64,000 bases of DNA from a virus, in IMG/VR virus record IMGVR_UViG_3300028920_000029, positions 1 to 64,000 of that record. The stretch is one strand, 5' to 3'. Below, piece by piece: positions 20,658 through 30,694 of this stretch (positions within the stretch are counted from its first letter, which is position 1; every line of letters starts with the position of its first letter). A program made the position numbers and the translations under genes. The notes under the pieces are model-generated. The model saw only the letters and a list, made by a program, of their open reading frames with translations. It was not told where the DNA came from and made no database searches.

Positions 20658-20864
20658 ATGCCAAATTTAGACGGAACTGGTCCAAGAGGAGAAGGTCCTA
20701 GAACAGGAAGAGGTATGGGAAATTGTACTATTCCAGGACAAGGAGTATATAGTGCGGGTTTTGGAAGAGGTCGTGGAGGAGTTGGAAGAGGTTTAGGTAG
20801 AGGAAGAGGCAACGGCTGTGGTATGCAGAGAAGAAATCGTTTTGGAAGGTCACAAGGAGAGTAA
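20658..20864 (+). CDS. DUF5320-family protein
   Basis: MPNLDGTGPRGEGPRTGRGMGNC...GFGRGRGG matches the family pattern as I recall it. Confidence 0.8.
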   Translation: MPNLDGTGPRGEGPRTGRGMGNCTIPGQGVYSAGFGRGRGGVGRGLGRGRGNGCGMQRRNRFGRSQGE

Positions 20865-20865
20865 G

Positions 20866-21261
20866 TTGGGATCATTTAATGACACTTTAGGTTTGATTAA
20901 GTATATAAAGACTGACGATGAGGGACACAATTGTCCTATATGTATGAGTCAGCTTATGTATATGTATGATGGAGTATCTGGTTTATTTAAGTGTTTGGAG
21001 TGTGGATACTCCAGGAAGCAGAATAGTGCGTTAGCTGGTCAGCACAGGTATGATCTGCCAGTTACTATTTTATCTGCTCGTTCTTTAAAGAAAGCATGGT
21101 TTGAATTACACCAGCCGATGGATGAGAAGCTTTTTAACATACTCGTTCAGCATGACTGGTCTCCAAACCAAGCTATCAAAGATGTTATAAAGGATTTAAA
21201 TTTGTCCGAGGAGGAATCTTTTCACTTCTTGGAGAAGATTCAGTCCTTAACTAAGGAGTAA
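20866..21261 (+). CDS. Zn-ribbon hypothetical protein
   Basis: TTG 20866 with AGGAG RBS; CPIC...CLECG. Confidence 0.55.
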   Translation: MGSFNDTLGLIKYIKTDDEGHNCPICMSQLMYMYDGVSGLFKCLECGYSRKQNSALAGQHRYDLPVTILSARSLKKAWFELHQPMDEKLFNILVQHDWSPNQAIKDVIKDLNLSEEESFHFLEKIQSLTKE

Positions 21262-21265
21262 TCGT

Positions 21266-21964
21266 ATGGGTATAGAGTCTATACTGACTCATCCGTATAA
21301 AAAGAAGATAGATGATATGTGTATGCAGGATGAGGCGGCTACCAAAATAGTTAGCTGGGTTAAAAATACAGTAGATGAAGACCTAGGTATACCAGAAGAG
21401 AAGAAACAGTCTTACTACTTAACATATGGTAAGGTGTGTGACTACAAAAGGTTACAAAGAGAGACTGTTGGCGGTATGGCTGTGGCAGTTGCTGGGCCCA
21501 AGACTGATATAATAAATCCTGAGGATGTTAGCATAGACTATGGAGAGAATGCTGTCAACCTTAAACTGGTAGAAGAGGATGCTGCAAAGCATTTAATAAA
21601 CACCATAAAGACTTTTAGCAACCTTGCTAATGCCTTACAGGACAGAGCAGGTAAGATTAAGCAACGTCTTGATCTTGAAGGCGATACCATGGATGTTAAA
21701 GATCTTACTCTAATGGAGAAAAACCTTAGAGGTTACTTTGTGGAAATGCGAAACCTTATGAAAGATTATAACATGCAGACAGGTTCAGCAGATTTTTTTA
21801 AGAAACTTGGTGAAGGGTTAGGCGAGCAGGCAGCGAAGAACGTATTAGATAAGCCAAAGCAGGAAGAGATGAAGAATCTTATAACGGATATACTTAAAGA
21901 GGTTGAGGATGTTGATAAGATTCCTAGGTATTTGCAGAGACTAGAGGAGATATTAAACAAATGA
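21266..21964 (+). CDS. hypothetical helical protein (possible terminase small subunit-like)
   Basis: N-terminal HP...IDDM...KIVSWV helical/HTH-like segment plus coiled coil; assignment is weak. Confidence 0.3.
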   Translation: MGIESILTHPYKKKIDDMCMQDEAATKIVSWVKNTVDEDLGIPEEKKQSYYLTYGKVCDYKRLQRETVGGMAVAVAGPKTDIINPEDVSIDYGENAVNLKLVEEDAAKHLINTIKTFSNLANALQDRAGKIKQRLDLEGDTMDVKDLTLMEKNLRGYFVEMRNLMKDYNMQTGSADFFKKLGEGLGEQAAKNVLDKPKQEEMKNLITDILKEVEDVDKIPRYLQRLEEILNK

Positions 21965-22806
21965 GTCCATCACAATACTTTACTCCTTTGATTACACCAA
22001 AGGTAAAAAGAAATAAAGAGAGTTTTAATGATGAGCATCAGGATACGTCCCATGGGGATTATAAAACTGACGCTGCTCAGACTAAAGATATAAATACTAC
22101 TGGCGAAAAGGGCCAGGGAACTTATAATGAGAAAGAAGATAAGAGGGAGTTTTGGAAGTGGATGGATAGCTTGTATGGTACAGAGAATATATTTTTGCAC
22201 AAGCACGATCCTTTAGAACACTTTCCAGGAACTCACCCAAGTTTAGGACCGAACTTAGGTTCTTTGAAAATGCTTAGGCGTAGGGCTGCAGAAGACAAGA
22301 TAAGGATAGAGCTTCTTAAGGCTTTAACTCGTGCATATGATGCGGGAGTTATAACTACTCCTCCGACATACGCTAAGATAGAGGTTGGAGGAAAAGAATA
22401 TACTTATGAAGAACTTCCAGAGCATCTTCTTGATGAGGCGTTTAATAAGATAATTAATGATACGGTAGCTAAGGGACCAGTAGAAGATGATGCTGGCAAT
22501 CCAGAAGCTGACGTTGATGCGTTTACTAACGCTATGGAAAATCCTCCAGCCGACTTAGGTTTGGGAGGAGTTACGGCGGCAGCTACGTTTCCTACTAAGT
22601 GGGACATAGAAGGGGAAACGGTTATTTCACAGCCAGAGCAGACAGATAATAAGAGTCCAGTACACACTGGTCCTAGGTGGAAAAAAGAGATTGCTCCGCA
22701 TAGGGAATCAAAGCCATACATACAAGATGGAAGCGGAGCGGATGATCCAGAAAAGGCCAATGAAGACAGCCTTTTATCAAATGTTGATGTATTTTTCGGT
22801 ATGTAA
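21961..22806 (+). CDS. acidic hypothetical protein
   Basis: GAGGAG RBS; internal LKMLRRRAAE site. Confidence 0.5.
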   Translation: MSPSQYFTPLITPKVKRNKESFNDEHQDTSHGDYKTDAAQTKDINTTGEKGQGTYNEKEDKREFWKWMDSLYGTENIFLHKHDPLEHFPGTHPSLGPNLGSLKMLRRRAAEDKIRIELLKALTRAYDAGVITTPPTYAKIEVGGKEYTYEELPEHLLDEAFNKIINDTVAKGPVEDDAGNPEADVDAFTNAMENPPADLGLGGVTAAATFPTKWDIEGETVISQPEQTDNKSPVHTGPRWKKEIAPHRESKPYIQDGSGADDPEKANEDSLLSNVDVFFGM

Positions 22807-22809
22807 TAT

Positions 22810-22989
22810 ATGGACAAGTATACTTTGTTGAAGAATAGATTAGATACCATTTGTTCTAAGATAGCTGACAAAGAAGTCGCTAGTGAGTTAAGTATATTAT
22901 TCTCTCATATCTTTACAGAGGTAGAGAAGCGAGAGAAAGAGTTGAATAAAGAGATAAAAAAATTAAAAAAAGAGGTGGGCAAGCAATGA
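22810..22989 (+). CDS. small coiled-coil protein (59 aa, not in ORF track)
   Basis: MDKYTLLKNRLDTICSKIAD...KKEVGKQ*; fills the gap, with ATGA overlap into the next gene. Confidence 0.55.
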   Translation: MDKYTLLKNRLDTICSKIADKEVASELSILFSHIFTEVEKREKELNKEIKKLKKEVGKQ

Positions 22990-24419
22990 AAAAAGAAGCA
23001 GCAGGTCAGGGAGGAACAAGTACTAGCTCCTCTATATCAGCGTTAATTGAAGAGGCTGTTAAGAGGTTAATAAAAGGCCAGGAATCCTTTGAGATGATAA
23101 TGGAGGATTGGTCTAACAGATTTCCAAAGATGACAGACAGGGAGAAGTATGAGGTTATGGGAGGACTTACGAATCTTGGGTTCGACATTACTCCATCCGA
23201 ATGGATATTTTATACTCCTCCAGAGTACAGGACTGCTATGATATCTTCTCAGTTTTTAAAGAGAGGTAAGACATATGGTTCCAGGTATGAGGATGTACAG
23301 GAAGCCATAAAGAAACTGAAAGAGGATATTAAAGAATGTGATCAGTGGCTTAAGGAAAATCCAGATGCTTCACGGATGAACCCACAGACTTTTAGAGATA
23401 AGAGTAGCAAACATTCTGCTATGGTTAGTAGGCTGGAAGAGTTAAACGAGGTACTTAAGGTAACCAAGTCAGCTTCTGTTTACAGTAAGAATGATCCTCT
23501 TGGAAGGGCTATGACTATTTTAGGTGTTAACGTTCATGACGCTATCACTGTTGTGGCTACTGACAAAGATAACAACCTAATATTTCTTGCTGCGGATGAG
23601 TTATCTGACACATCTCTTAAGAGTGAAATACTTGATGAAGACTCCGAAGAACCATTGGATCTTAACAGAAGTTTTGAAATGCTCGTTAAGAGTGGTGACC
23701 CACTTCAGACGTTCTTTGCAACTTACGATGTAGTAAACGGAGATGTACCAATAGAAAAAGAAAATCTTGAAACATATATAAAGGATTTTCTTACTCACAT
23801 AGAAAGCGAAAAGAATCTTTACGACTTTAAACCAGAGGAAGTTAACGATGCATTTAAGAAGTTAGCGGACTTTGTTGAGGAAAAAGGTCTTAACGTTGAT
23901 GTATCACAGTATATAGACTCAAGTATAGTTGCTCCAGAAGGGGAAGAAGTAGCCCCAGATGAAGACCTTGGAGAGGAAGTTGGAGATATGGAACCTACCA
24001 GGGAGCCAGAAGAGTCTATGCAGACAGAATCCATAAATCCCCCAGTTAGGGAGGCAGCAACAAAGGCTGAGATTAAGATAGCCGATACTGTAAGATATAT
24101 GAATAACATTCAGGATATACTTAAAAGGTTGAAAACGGCTGTAGACTTACCTAAAACGGCTGCGGCTGACCAAGCTATAGATAGTCTTTCTGAGTCTATA
24201 GATGAAGTACAGTTTTATATAAAAGAAGAACTACCTAACGAGCCTAACGTTAACAAGGAAGCTGCGTATGTATTTTTGAGGAACATAACTAACAAACTTA
24301 AAGATGTTGAAGCAGCTTATAAAAGCATAGATAAAGGATCAGAGATGCCGTATATTGTTGCTAAGTCACTAGTTAATGATATTAAGAAGGCTAAGTTAAT
24401 GCTTAACTCTTTAGGATAA
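22986..24419 (+). CDS. acidic hypothetical protein (putative head-associated)
   Basis: Repeated KEAA/REAA/KTAA/KSAS sites. Confidence 0.5.
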   Translation: MKKEAAGQGGTSTSSSISALIEEAVKRLIKGQESFEMIMEDWSNRFPKMTDREKYEVMGGLTNLGFDITPSEWIFYTPPEYRTAMISSQFLKRGKTYGSRYEDVQEAIKKLKEDIKECDQWLKENPDASRMNPQTFRDKSSKHSAMVSRLEELNEVLKVTKSASVYSKNDPLGRAMTILGVNVHDAITVVATDKDNNLIFLAADELSDTSLKSEILDEDSEEPLDLNRSFEMLVKSGDPLQTFFATYDVVNGDVPIEKENLETYIKDFLTHIESEKNLYDFKPEEVNDAFKKLADFVEEKGLNVDVSQYIDSSIVAPEGEEVAPDEDLGEEVGDMEPTREPEESMQTESINPPVREAATKAEIKIADTVRYMNNIQDILKRLKTAVDLPKTAAADQAIDSLSESIDEVQFYIKEELPNEPNVNKEAAYVFLRNITNKLKDVEAAYKSIDKGSEMPYIVAKSLVNDIKKAKLMLNSLG

Positions 24420-24430
24420 GGTGGTAGACT

Positions 24431-25111
24431 ATGTCTTTTCCATTAGTTAACAGCGGAACATCACAATCAGAGACGCTGACTTTAGCTGCTGATGGTTCAT
24501 ATCAGTCAGTAAGTTTGACTTATAGGGCCAGAGGTCAGGAGGTACTATCGAGCGGTGCTATATCTCCGTCGACCATAGTAGTTACTAGAGGTGGCGTAAC
24601 ATACACGGAAGTTTTTAGTTTGCCGATAAGTACAGGAGATTACTTTTACCACGAGGATGATGCTACGAACGAGACCAGTAAGCTACTGTTTCACAGTGAT
24701 CAATCTGGAGACGTTTCAGTTTCTTACACCACTCGCGGAAGTATTGTACAAGCCTCATATTTTAATATGTGGACTGGCGATGTGCCGAAAGCGATACTTT
24801 CTGGGTTAGTTGCATCCGCGTCATGGAGTACCATAGCTGTTAATGGCGGTACTTCTGTGTATGGTACTAGTATTGACACATCGGCTTACACCAGTGACGC
24901 GTCATTAGCCATAGTACAGGTTACTGTGGGAATGAATGACGCTACTGGAGACGCTGCAGGAACGGGATTGGTAGGCTCATCGTTTAAAAACGTCACAGGT
25001 TACGATGCCACAGACGTTATAGTTGGGACGCTATCCGACCCTACGGGTCTTTCAGATCTGGAGCTATATTACACTATAACAATACCGAGCACATCACCAG
25101 ATCCAGCATAG
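24431..25111 (+). CDS. putative virion structural protein (S/T/G-rich, beta-type)
   Basis: Composition and context only. Confidence 0.45.
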   Translation: MSFPLVNSGTSQSETLTLAADGSYQSVSLTYRARGQEVLSSGAISPSTIVVTRGGVTYTEVFSLPISTGDYFYHEDDATNETSKLLFHSDQSGDVSVSYTTRGSIVQASYFNMWTGDVPKAILSGLVASASWSTIAVNGGTSVYGTSIDTSAYTSDASLAIVQVTVGMNDATGDAAGTGLVGSSFKNVTGYDATDVIVGTLSDPTGLSDLELYYTITIPSTSPDPA

Positions 25112-25125
25112 GAAGGAGGAGGCTA

Positions 25126-25536
25126 GTGGTAGGTACAGAAGGTAAACACATAGTGTTTGACGTTTGGGGTGCCGATAAAGGTAAGCTTAACGATGTACGC
25201 TATATACAGGAGTTACTTTTAGAAGCCGCCAAGTTGGCGGAAGCTACCACGTTACATTCGTTCTTTCACCAGTTTGACCCTGACGGAATAACTGGTGTGG
25301 TTGTTGTATCAGAGAGTCATATCTCTATACATACGTGGCCTGGTGAAGGATTTGCCAGTGTGGATGTATATACTTGCGGTAATAAATGCTTTCCCGAGAG
25401 AGCAGTTAAATATATAACAGAAGAACTTGAAGGTAAATGTTGTAACGTAATAGGAATAGATAGGGGAAGCCGTCCGCGGTCTTTGGAAGATATGACTCCA
25501 GCGAAAGGAGGAGTTACTACAGATGAAAAAGAGTAA
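25126..25536 (+). CDS. speD: S-adenosylmethionine decarboxylase proenzyme (class 1b, pyruvoyl)
   Basis: GKH...D, HQFDPDGITGVVVVSE|SHISIHTWP, DVYTCG. Confidence 0.92.
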   Translation: MVGTEGKHIVFDVWGADKGKLNDVRYIQELLLEAAKLAEATTLHSFFHQFDPDGITGVVVVSESHISIHTWPGEGFASVDVYTCGNKCFPERAVKYITEELEGKCCNVIGIDRGSRPRSLEDMTPAKGGVTTDEKE

Positions 25537-26155
25537 AAAGTCGCGTGAGGGTCGTACAACCTTACGTGCAATACTTGCGTTATCTTTAGTTTTTGTTATA
25601 GGGTTTAGTCAGAGTGCCCATGAGGCTGGTGTAACATACTCAAACCCTAAAACTATGGATGAGGCGATTAGGGCATATTTGTCTATGTTTCCAAACTTAA
25701 CTTACACAGAAGCCCAAACTAACTTTTTAGTTGAGAGTTCAGGGAATCCTAAGTGTAAGTATTACGAACCGACTTTAAATGAACACTCTTGGGGTCCTGG
25801 CCAGATTTTGGAAAGTACTGCAAGAGCGTTAGGATACGATGGTCCTATGGAAAAAATGCTAACTTGGAAAGTAGGAGCTTTTTGGAGTATGAAGTACCTT
25901 AGTGATTGTAAGGCTAGGGCAGTTGAATATAGTAATAAGAAGTATCAGAAGTATGATAGGTATGTTGTACGGAGACATATGTACCACTTATACAACGCAG
26001 GAATGCCTAAGTGGAAATGGAAAGTAGTTAACGGTAAACGGCGTTGGGTGTATAAAAACAGGTGGCACGTACTGAAGTGTGAAAGGGTATACTGGAAAAA
26101 GTATAACCTAAATAAGCAAAAAGGAAGTTGGTATGTTCACGATCCATGCAGTTAA
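25523..26155 (+). CDS. lytic transglycosylase (SLT/lysozyme-like) with N-terminal hydrophobic anchor; candidate endolysin
   Basis: VESSGNP (catalytic Glu), SWGPGQILESTARALG, KYL, YNAG; basic N-terminus followed by a hydrophobic helix. Confidence 0.75.
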   Translation: MKKSKKSREGRTTLRAILALSLVFVIGFSQSAHEAGVTYSNPKTMDEAIRAYLSMFPNLTYTEAQTNFLVESSGNPKCKYYEPTLNEHSWGPGQILESTARALGYDGPMEKMLTWKVGAFWSMKYLSDCKARAVEYSNKKYQKYDRYVVRRHMYHLYNAGMPKWKWKVVNGKRRWVYKNRWHVLKCERVYWKKYNLNKQKGSWYVHDPCS

Positions 26156-26426
26156 AGATACAGGATTATGGATAAAGATGGAGTTAGGCGGTGACGTAGG
26201 GTCAATCGTTACTAATGTACTTTCAGATAGGCCAGATGTGAAGGATAAAGTTTTGGCTCACAAATCAGATCCCAGGTTGAGACAGGAAATAGACAAGGTT
26301 CTATCGACGCTTCAACGGGACATAGATTTAGCCGCCAATAAGTTAGATAGTTATACTATGTTTACCGAGGCCGTTGATAAGTTAAGGACTGTTTTTTTAA
26401 ACTACGTAGGAGTTTCTGAGGAGTAG
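26133..26426 (+). CDS. hypothetical protein
   Basis: Tightly packed ORF. Confidence 0.5.
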   Translation: MFTIHAVKDTGLWIKMELGGDVGSIVTNVLSDRPDVKDKVLAHKSDPRLRQEIDKVLSTLQRDIDLAANKLDSYTMFTEAVDKLRTVFLNYVGVSEE

Positions 26427-26428
26427 TT

Positions 26429-26704
26429 ATGGCCAAAAAGCTTAAGAAAACTTTACAGGATATTCTTATAGCTGTGTCAGAAATAAAGAAGCGTGAGTTA
26501 GTCATGACTGTTAATGGAGGTTGTTCCATAAATATTATGATTAGTGGGTCTCCGTCCTCGGAGGATGTACAAAAAGAGATATTAAGTATTGTAAAGGGAC
26601 TTCCAACGACGTCATATACTATATCTGAAGTAATAAGGTATCGTAAGAACTTTACACAAGATAAGAGAGACACTATTACGGAATTAGATATTAAACTAAA
26701 GTGA
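26429..26704 (+). CDS. hypothetical protein
   Basis: GAGGAG RBS. Confidence 0.5.
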   Translation: MAKKLKKTLQDILIAVSEIKKRELVMTVNGGCSINIMISGSPSSEDVQKEILSIVKGLPTTSYTISEVIRYRKNFTQDKRDTITELDIKLK

Positions 26705-26711
26705 GGATTTA

Positions 26712-28577
26712 ATGGGATTACAGAAGCCACATTTTTCAGTTATAGATGGTACAAAGATATATGTCAATGACCTGGAAAGGCTTTCTGATTATGTGGAAGA
26801 GCTTAGAAAGTTTACTGGACAAGTAGTCAAAGATGGTATTCTTCATGGATTGGCCCTTACGTCATCCGACGGCGTTACTGCGACGTTAGGTACTGGTGCG
26901 GCTATGACAGAGACTGGAGATATAATAGTACTTAATTCTGATGATAGTGATGTAAGTATATCAGTAGCGCTTATAGCGGCCGCGGGTATTCAGGGGCAGA
27001 CTAAGGAGCTATGGTTATATAAGTTTGGTACGGATGACACGTTTACTAAGACAAGGTCTAACATAGGTAGTGGTACAGTAATAGTTGCTGATAAGGATAA
27101 CTGGGCTTTGGAATTAGTAACTCCAGGTACAAACCCACAGCTGCCGTTTCCTAGAGTTAAGATAGCGCAAACTTTGGAATTTAACACCGACCCAAGCGCG
27201 TTTACGTGGAGTAATACTGGAACGTACTTTAATTATTTTTATGCACTTAAGCAATTATCATACTTAAATAAACTTATTAACGGCAGGTATTCTGGAAAAT
27301 TAATTACTGAGGACGGATTGGGAAGTTCCGCCGTTGATACAGACAACATAGTTGACGGCGCTATAACCAATGACAAGGTTAGTGATATTGACGGAAGCAA
27401 GTTCTTAGACAGCAGTATAGACGCAAGTACAAAATTATCGAACGACGAGTTTTCTGGCACCCTTCTTACGGATTATACGTTATCAAGGAGTAAGTTGGAT
27501 AGATCAATTAAAAGAACGGTTAAGATGCCTACGGTACTTGCCATGCCTTATATATCTAATGGTGAGGTTGGTTATTATTCAGTTGATACGTTTGATAAGT
27601 CTACAGGTACTTTTTCAGATTTAATTTTTGCCTTTTGTTTATTTGGGGAAATACCAACCGACATAAGTACAGTAAATTTTGATAACATTGTTTGGGATAA
27701 AACGGTAAAAGATTTTATTGAGGCAAAGTGTACCGCCATAGATCCGAGTGACAACATAGTCTTTTCTAGAGATAGAATAAACGTTACGGAGACAGCTACC
27801 GTAGGTCAGATAGACGTTACTGGAGATGACGCGTATACGTATTCTTCAATAGCGCCAATTTTATCTGATGGATATGGATTTTGGTTGTTGGATCAGTATC
27901 CAAGTGGTGGAGGATATCCTAATGCTATAAAGATTTGCAACTATCTACCTAGGTCATTAGGTTACCCAGACTACATAGACATAATTGGGCAGACTAAGCT
28001 TGCTAGACAGTCTACTTCTACAGAGTTAAATCAGATAAGAAGAACGTTTACTTCGGGAGCTACAACGGCAACTAAGACTCCGATAGCGTTGTTATCTTCT
28101 CATATAGTTCCGCCAGATGGGTATGTTGTGGATAACATCCAGGCCGTACTAGTTATTAACAGCGAGTTTGTTGATAGATGTAGTTGGAAAAAATATCCAG
28201 TATGTTATACGTGGAGCATTCATGATAGATTTTGTTTGGCGCCGCCGTCAAAATCTTGGAATATGCATGACCATACAATATATATTGGTGATGGTTCTAT
28301 GCTCGGGACATATGATAGGGCAATAGTTTCATATAGCGGGTTTGAGGATTTGTTTCATGATAATACCACAGTTCTTGATTTAAGAATAAGTTTACGGTAT
28401 GTGGACCCAACTGACATAGGTAAGTCGCTATCTTCAGGTGGCGCGATATATGACAGCTATTCCACGGACTCAAATCCGTTTTATTTACATATGAGTGTTT
28501 GGAACAGTAAATGGAAAGTGTGGACTTTTATAGATAGGGATGCGTTGCTGGCGGAAGATTCAGCAACTATAGCATAG
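26712..28577 (+). CDS. tail fibre/baseplate-like protein, paralog 1
   Basis: GILHGLAL...GAAMTETGDIIV N-terminal domain; AVDTDNIVDGAITNDKV fibre repeat. Confidence 0.6.
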   Translation: MGLQKPHFSVIDGTKIYVNDLERLSDYVEELRKFTGQVVKDGILHGLALTSSDGVTATLGTGAAMTETGDIIVLNSDDSDVSISVALIAAAGIQGQTKELWLYKFGTDDTFTKTRSNIGSGTVIVADKDNWALELVTPGTNPQLPFPRVKIAQTLEFNTDPSAFTWSNTGTYFNYFYALKQLSYLNKLINGRYSGKLITEDGLGSSAVDTDNIVDGAITNDKVSDIDGSKFLDSSIDASTKLSNDEFSGTLLTDYTLSRSKLDRSIKRTVKMPTVLAMPYISNGEVGYYSVDTFDKSTGTFSDLIFAFCLFGEIPTDISTVNFDNIVWDKTVKDFIEAKCTAIDPSDNIVFSRDRINVTETATVGQIDVTGDDAYTYSSIAPILSDGYGFWLLDQYPSGGGYPNAIKICNYLPRSLGYPDYIDIIGQTKLARQSTSTELNQIRRTFTSGATTATKTPIALLSSHIVPPDGYVVDNIQAVLVINSEFVDRCSWKKYPVCYTWSIHDRFCLAPPSKSWNMHDHTIYIGDGSMLGTYDRAIVSYSGFEDLFHDNTTVLDLRISLRYVDPTDIGKSLSSGGAIYDSYSTDSNPFYLHMSVWNSKWKVWTFIDRDALLAEDSATIA

Positions 28578-28588
28578 GAGGATAAGAT

Positions 28589-30487
28589 ATGAGTAAAATT
28601 AAACCAAATTTTAGCGCGCTTGATGCCGTTCATCCAAAGAGCGAAGACTTTAAGCGTATGCTAGATTATACGGTAGAGCTGATAGAGTCCTTAGGGCAGA
28701 CGTTTAATCCAGGGATACTATTTGGATTACAACTAAGTGCGATTGACGGGACAACATTAAGCTTGTCTCCTGGCGCCGCCATGTCAGAGAATGGTGATAT
28801 CATAGTTGTGGAGTCTGGGGAAGTTACGCTTCCTATTTCCACTATTGCGCCGTATTTTTTCGGTGAAGATAACTTAGGCGATATATGGTTGTACTACGAC
28901 GAAGCTGGTGGGGTCGTACAGCGAGCAGACCAGGATGGAGTTCTTCAGACGGTAGCATCAAAAAACTTATATACAGTTTCTATGGTGTCGGAGGATGCGA
29001 CAGGTGATTTTGATACTCCGAGAGTAAAGCTTGGTACTACGATTTCTCAGATTGATGATAACAGTCCTACACAATCTCAGCAGCAATTCTTAGATAATTT
29101 TACGTGGTCAAATACCGCTACTTATATAGATTACAGATACGCGTTAGAGAGTTTGACACATACTGGTGAACTAAATTCAGATGGTAAGTATACTGGTCCT
29201 CAGTTAGGGCCAGGTTCCTTGGCTGACGATGCGGTGCAAACCGCTAACATAGCTGATGGAGCGGTAACGAATAATAAGGTATCTTCGAATTCGACGGATG
29301 CCATAGACGGTTCCAAGATAGCTGATGCATCGATAGACGCAAATACTAAGTTGTATAATCTAAATATAAGTGGTGCAATGTTATCAGATTTTACTATTCC
29401 AGAAACTAAGTTGTCCAGGGATACTACTAGGAAGGTAAAGATTCCAAGTTGGGTAATATTACCTACGGCTGTAATCTCTGGAGGAAGTCAGATACCGTCG
29501 TATGCCGCGCTGAAGTGGTATAACGACGATACAAACAACTTTATATCCAGGCAGGATTTTCAGGACTTTAATGGAGACCAGTTAAACTCTCAGCATGAGG
29601 ATTGGCTTACAGTATATAGTGCTGGAAATATAAATCCAGATAATAATATACTATTTAGTCATGAGGCTATATCGGCCACAACGGATCCGTACCTTATATT
29701 GTTTGGAAGGACAGATTGTTGGGGCAGTGCTGGAAATTCTTATCCAGAGTATGCTAAGATTAGTAACTACCTAGCCGCAGGTTTAGGTTATCCAGGGTCT
29801 ATAGAGCTTGAGGGTATATGGCCGTTTGTGCGACCACTTTATAATACTCAATTTTCTGGTAACTGGGGATACACGCCATACATTATACCTCCAGATGGAT
29901 ACGTTATAGATAGCATAATATGTAATCTATCCACAGTAGACTTCGTTAGTGGGGCTTCAGTTGCGGATCCTTACTATGCGCCGTTAGTTGAGGTAGAACC
30001 TTTACACGGTCCAAATTGGTGGACGTGGGCTGGTTCTTGGAACTTATCTGTGGCTAATAGGATGTTGAATACAAAAACGTTAGTAGGTACCAAAGGAAGG
30101 GCTATTGTAGGACATTGGGGAGTAGCTAATTGGGGAGGAAACAGTTCGCCAGTTGCTGGAGTGTTTACATCTGGTGTAAACATTAACATAAAGTTGAGGT
30201 ATGTTGACCCTAACGATGCTACTACAGATAATCCTTATGGTATAGGATTTAATGTTAGTGATGCTAATAGTAGCACCGTAACGTTTACTGATTTTGATTC
30301 TGGGGATTACTCAGATCCAAATACTTTACCGTTCTATTTGCAGCAAAAAGTAAATAATAAGGGTACGTCGGATGGGACCATCTCTGGCCCAGAGGATGGA
30401 GAAACGTCCACCAGTTCGTCTTCAGTACTCAATAGTAGGCAACCTACTAAGATGTGGAGTTTTATCGATAGGAATTCATTAATTTAA
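28589..30487 (+). CDS. tail fibre/baseplate-like protein, paralog 2
   Basis: Collinear with 26712-28577 (GILFGLQL, GAAMSENGDIIV, AVQTANIADGAVTNNKV, IPPDGYVID, LRYVDP, WSFIDR). Confidence 0.6.
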   Translation: MSKIKPNFSALDAVHPKSEDFKRMLDYTVELIESLGQTFNPGILFGLQLSAIDGTTLSLSPGAAMSENGDIIVVESGEVTLPISTIAPYFFGEDNLGDIWLYYDEAGGVVQRADQDGVLQTVASKNLYTVSMVSEDATGDFDTPRVKLGTTISQIDDNSPTQSQQQFLDNFTWSNTATYIDYRYALESLTHTGELNSDGKYTGPQLGPGSLADDAVQTANIADGAVTNNKVSSNSTDAIDGSKIADASIDANTKLYNLNISGAMLSDFTIPETKLSRDTTRKVKIPSWVILPTAVISGGSQIPSYAALKWYNDDTNNFISRQDFQDFNGDQLNSQHEDWLTVYSAGNINPDNNILFSHEAISATTDPYLILFGRTDCWGSAGNSYPEYAKISNYLAAGLGYPGSIELEGIWPFVRPLYNTQFSGNWGYTPYIIPPDGYVIDSIICNLSTVDFVSGASVADPYYAPLVEVEPLHGPNWWTWAGSWNLSVANRMLNTKTLVGTKGRAIVGHWGVANWGGNSSPVAGVFTSGVNINIKLRYVDPNDATTDNPYGIGFNVSDANSSTVTFTDFDSGDYSDPNTLPFYLQQKVNNKGTSDGTISGPEDGETSTSSSSVLNSRQPTKMWSFIDRNSLI

Positions 30488-30501
30488 TTGGGAGGATTTT
30501 A

Positions 30502-30681
30502 ATGGAAAAAGAAAAGGCAATTAAGGATTTAAAAGATACTAAGGAAAAGTTAAAAAATTTCGTTCCGAAGGAATGTGAGATATATAGTCGCGTAGTGGGA
30601 TACTACAGGCCTATTAAGCAATGGAATCCTGGTAAGCAGGAAGAATGGAAAGACAGGGTAACGTACGAGAATTTAGACTAA
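30502..30681 (+). CDS. stand-alone NrdD (class III RNR) C-terminal glycyl-radical domain (59 aa, not in ORF track)
   Basis: GGGAGG RBS; ...CEIYSRVVGYYRPIKQWNPGKQEEWKDR matches the NrdD RxxGY radical loop and the WNxGKxxE motif. Confidence 0.85.
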   Translation: MEKEKAIKDLKDTKEKLKNFVPKECEIYSRVVGYYRPIKQWNPGKQEEWKDRVTYENLD

Positions 30682-30694
30682 AGGTGGAGAGTTA

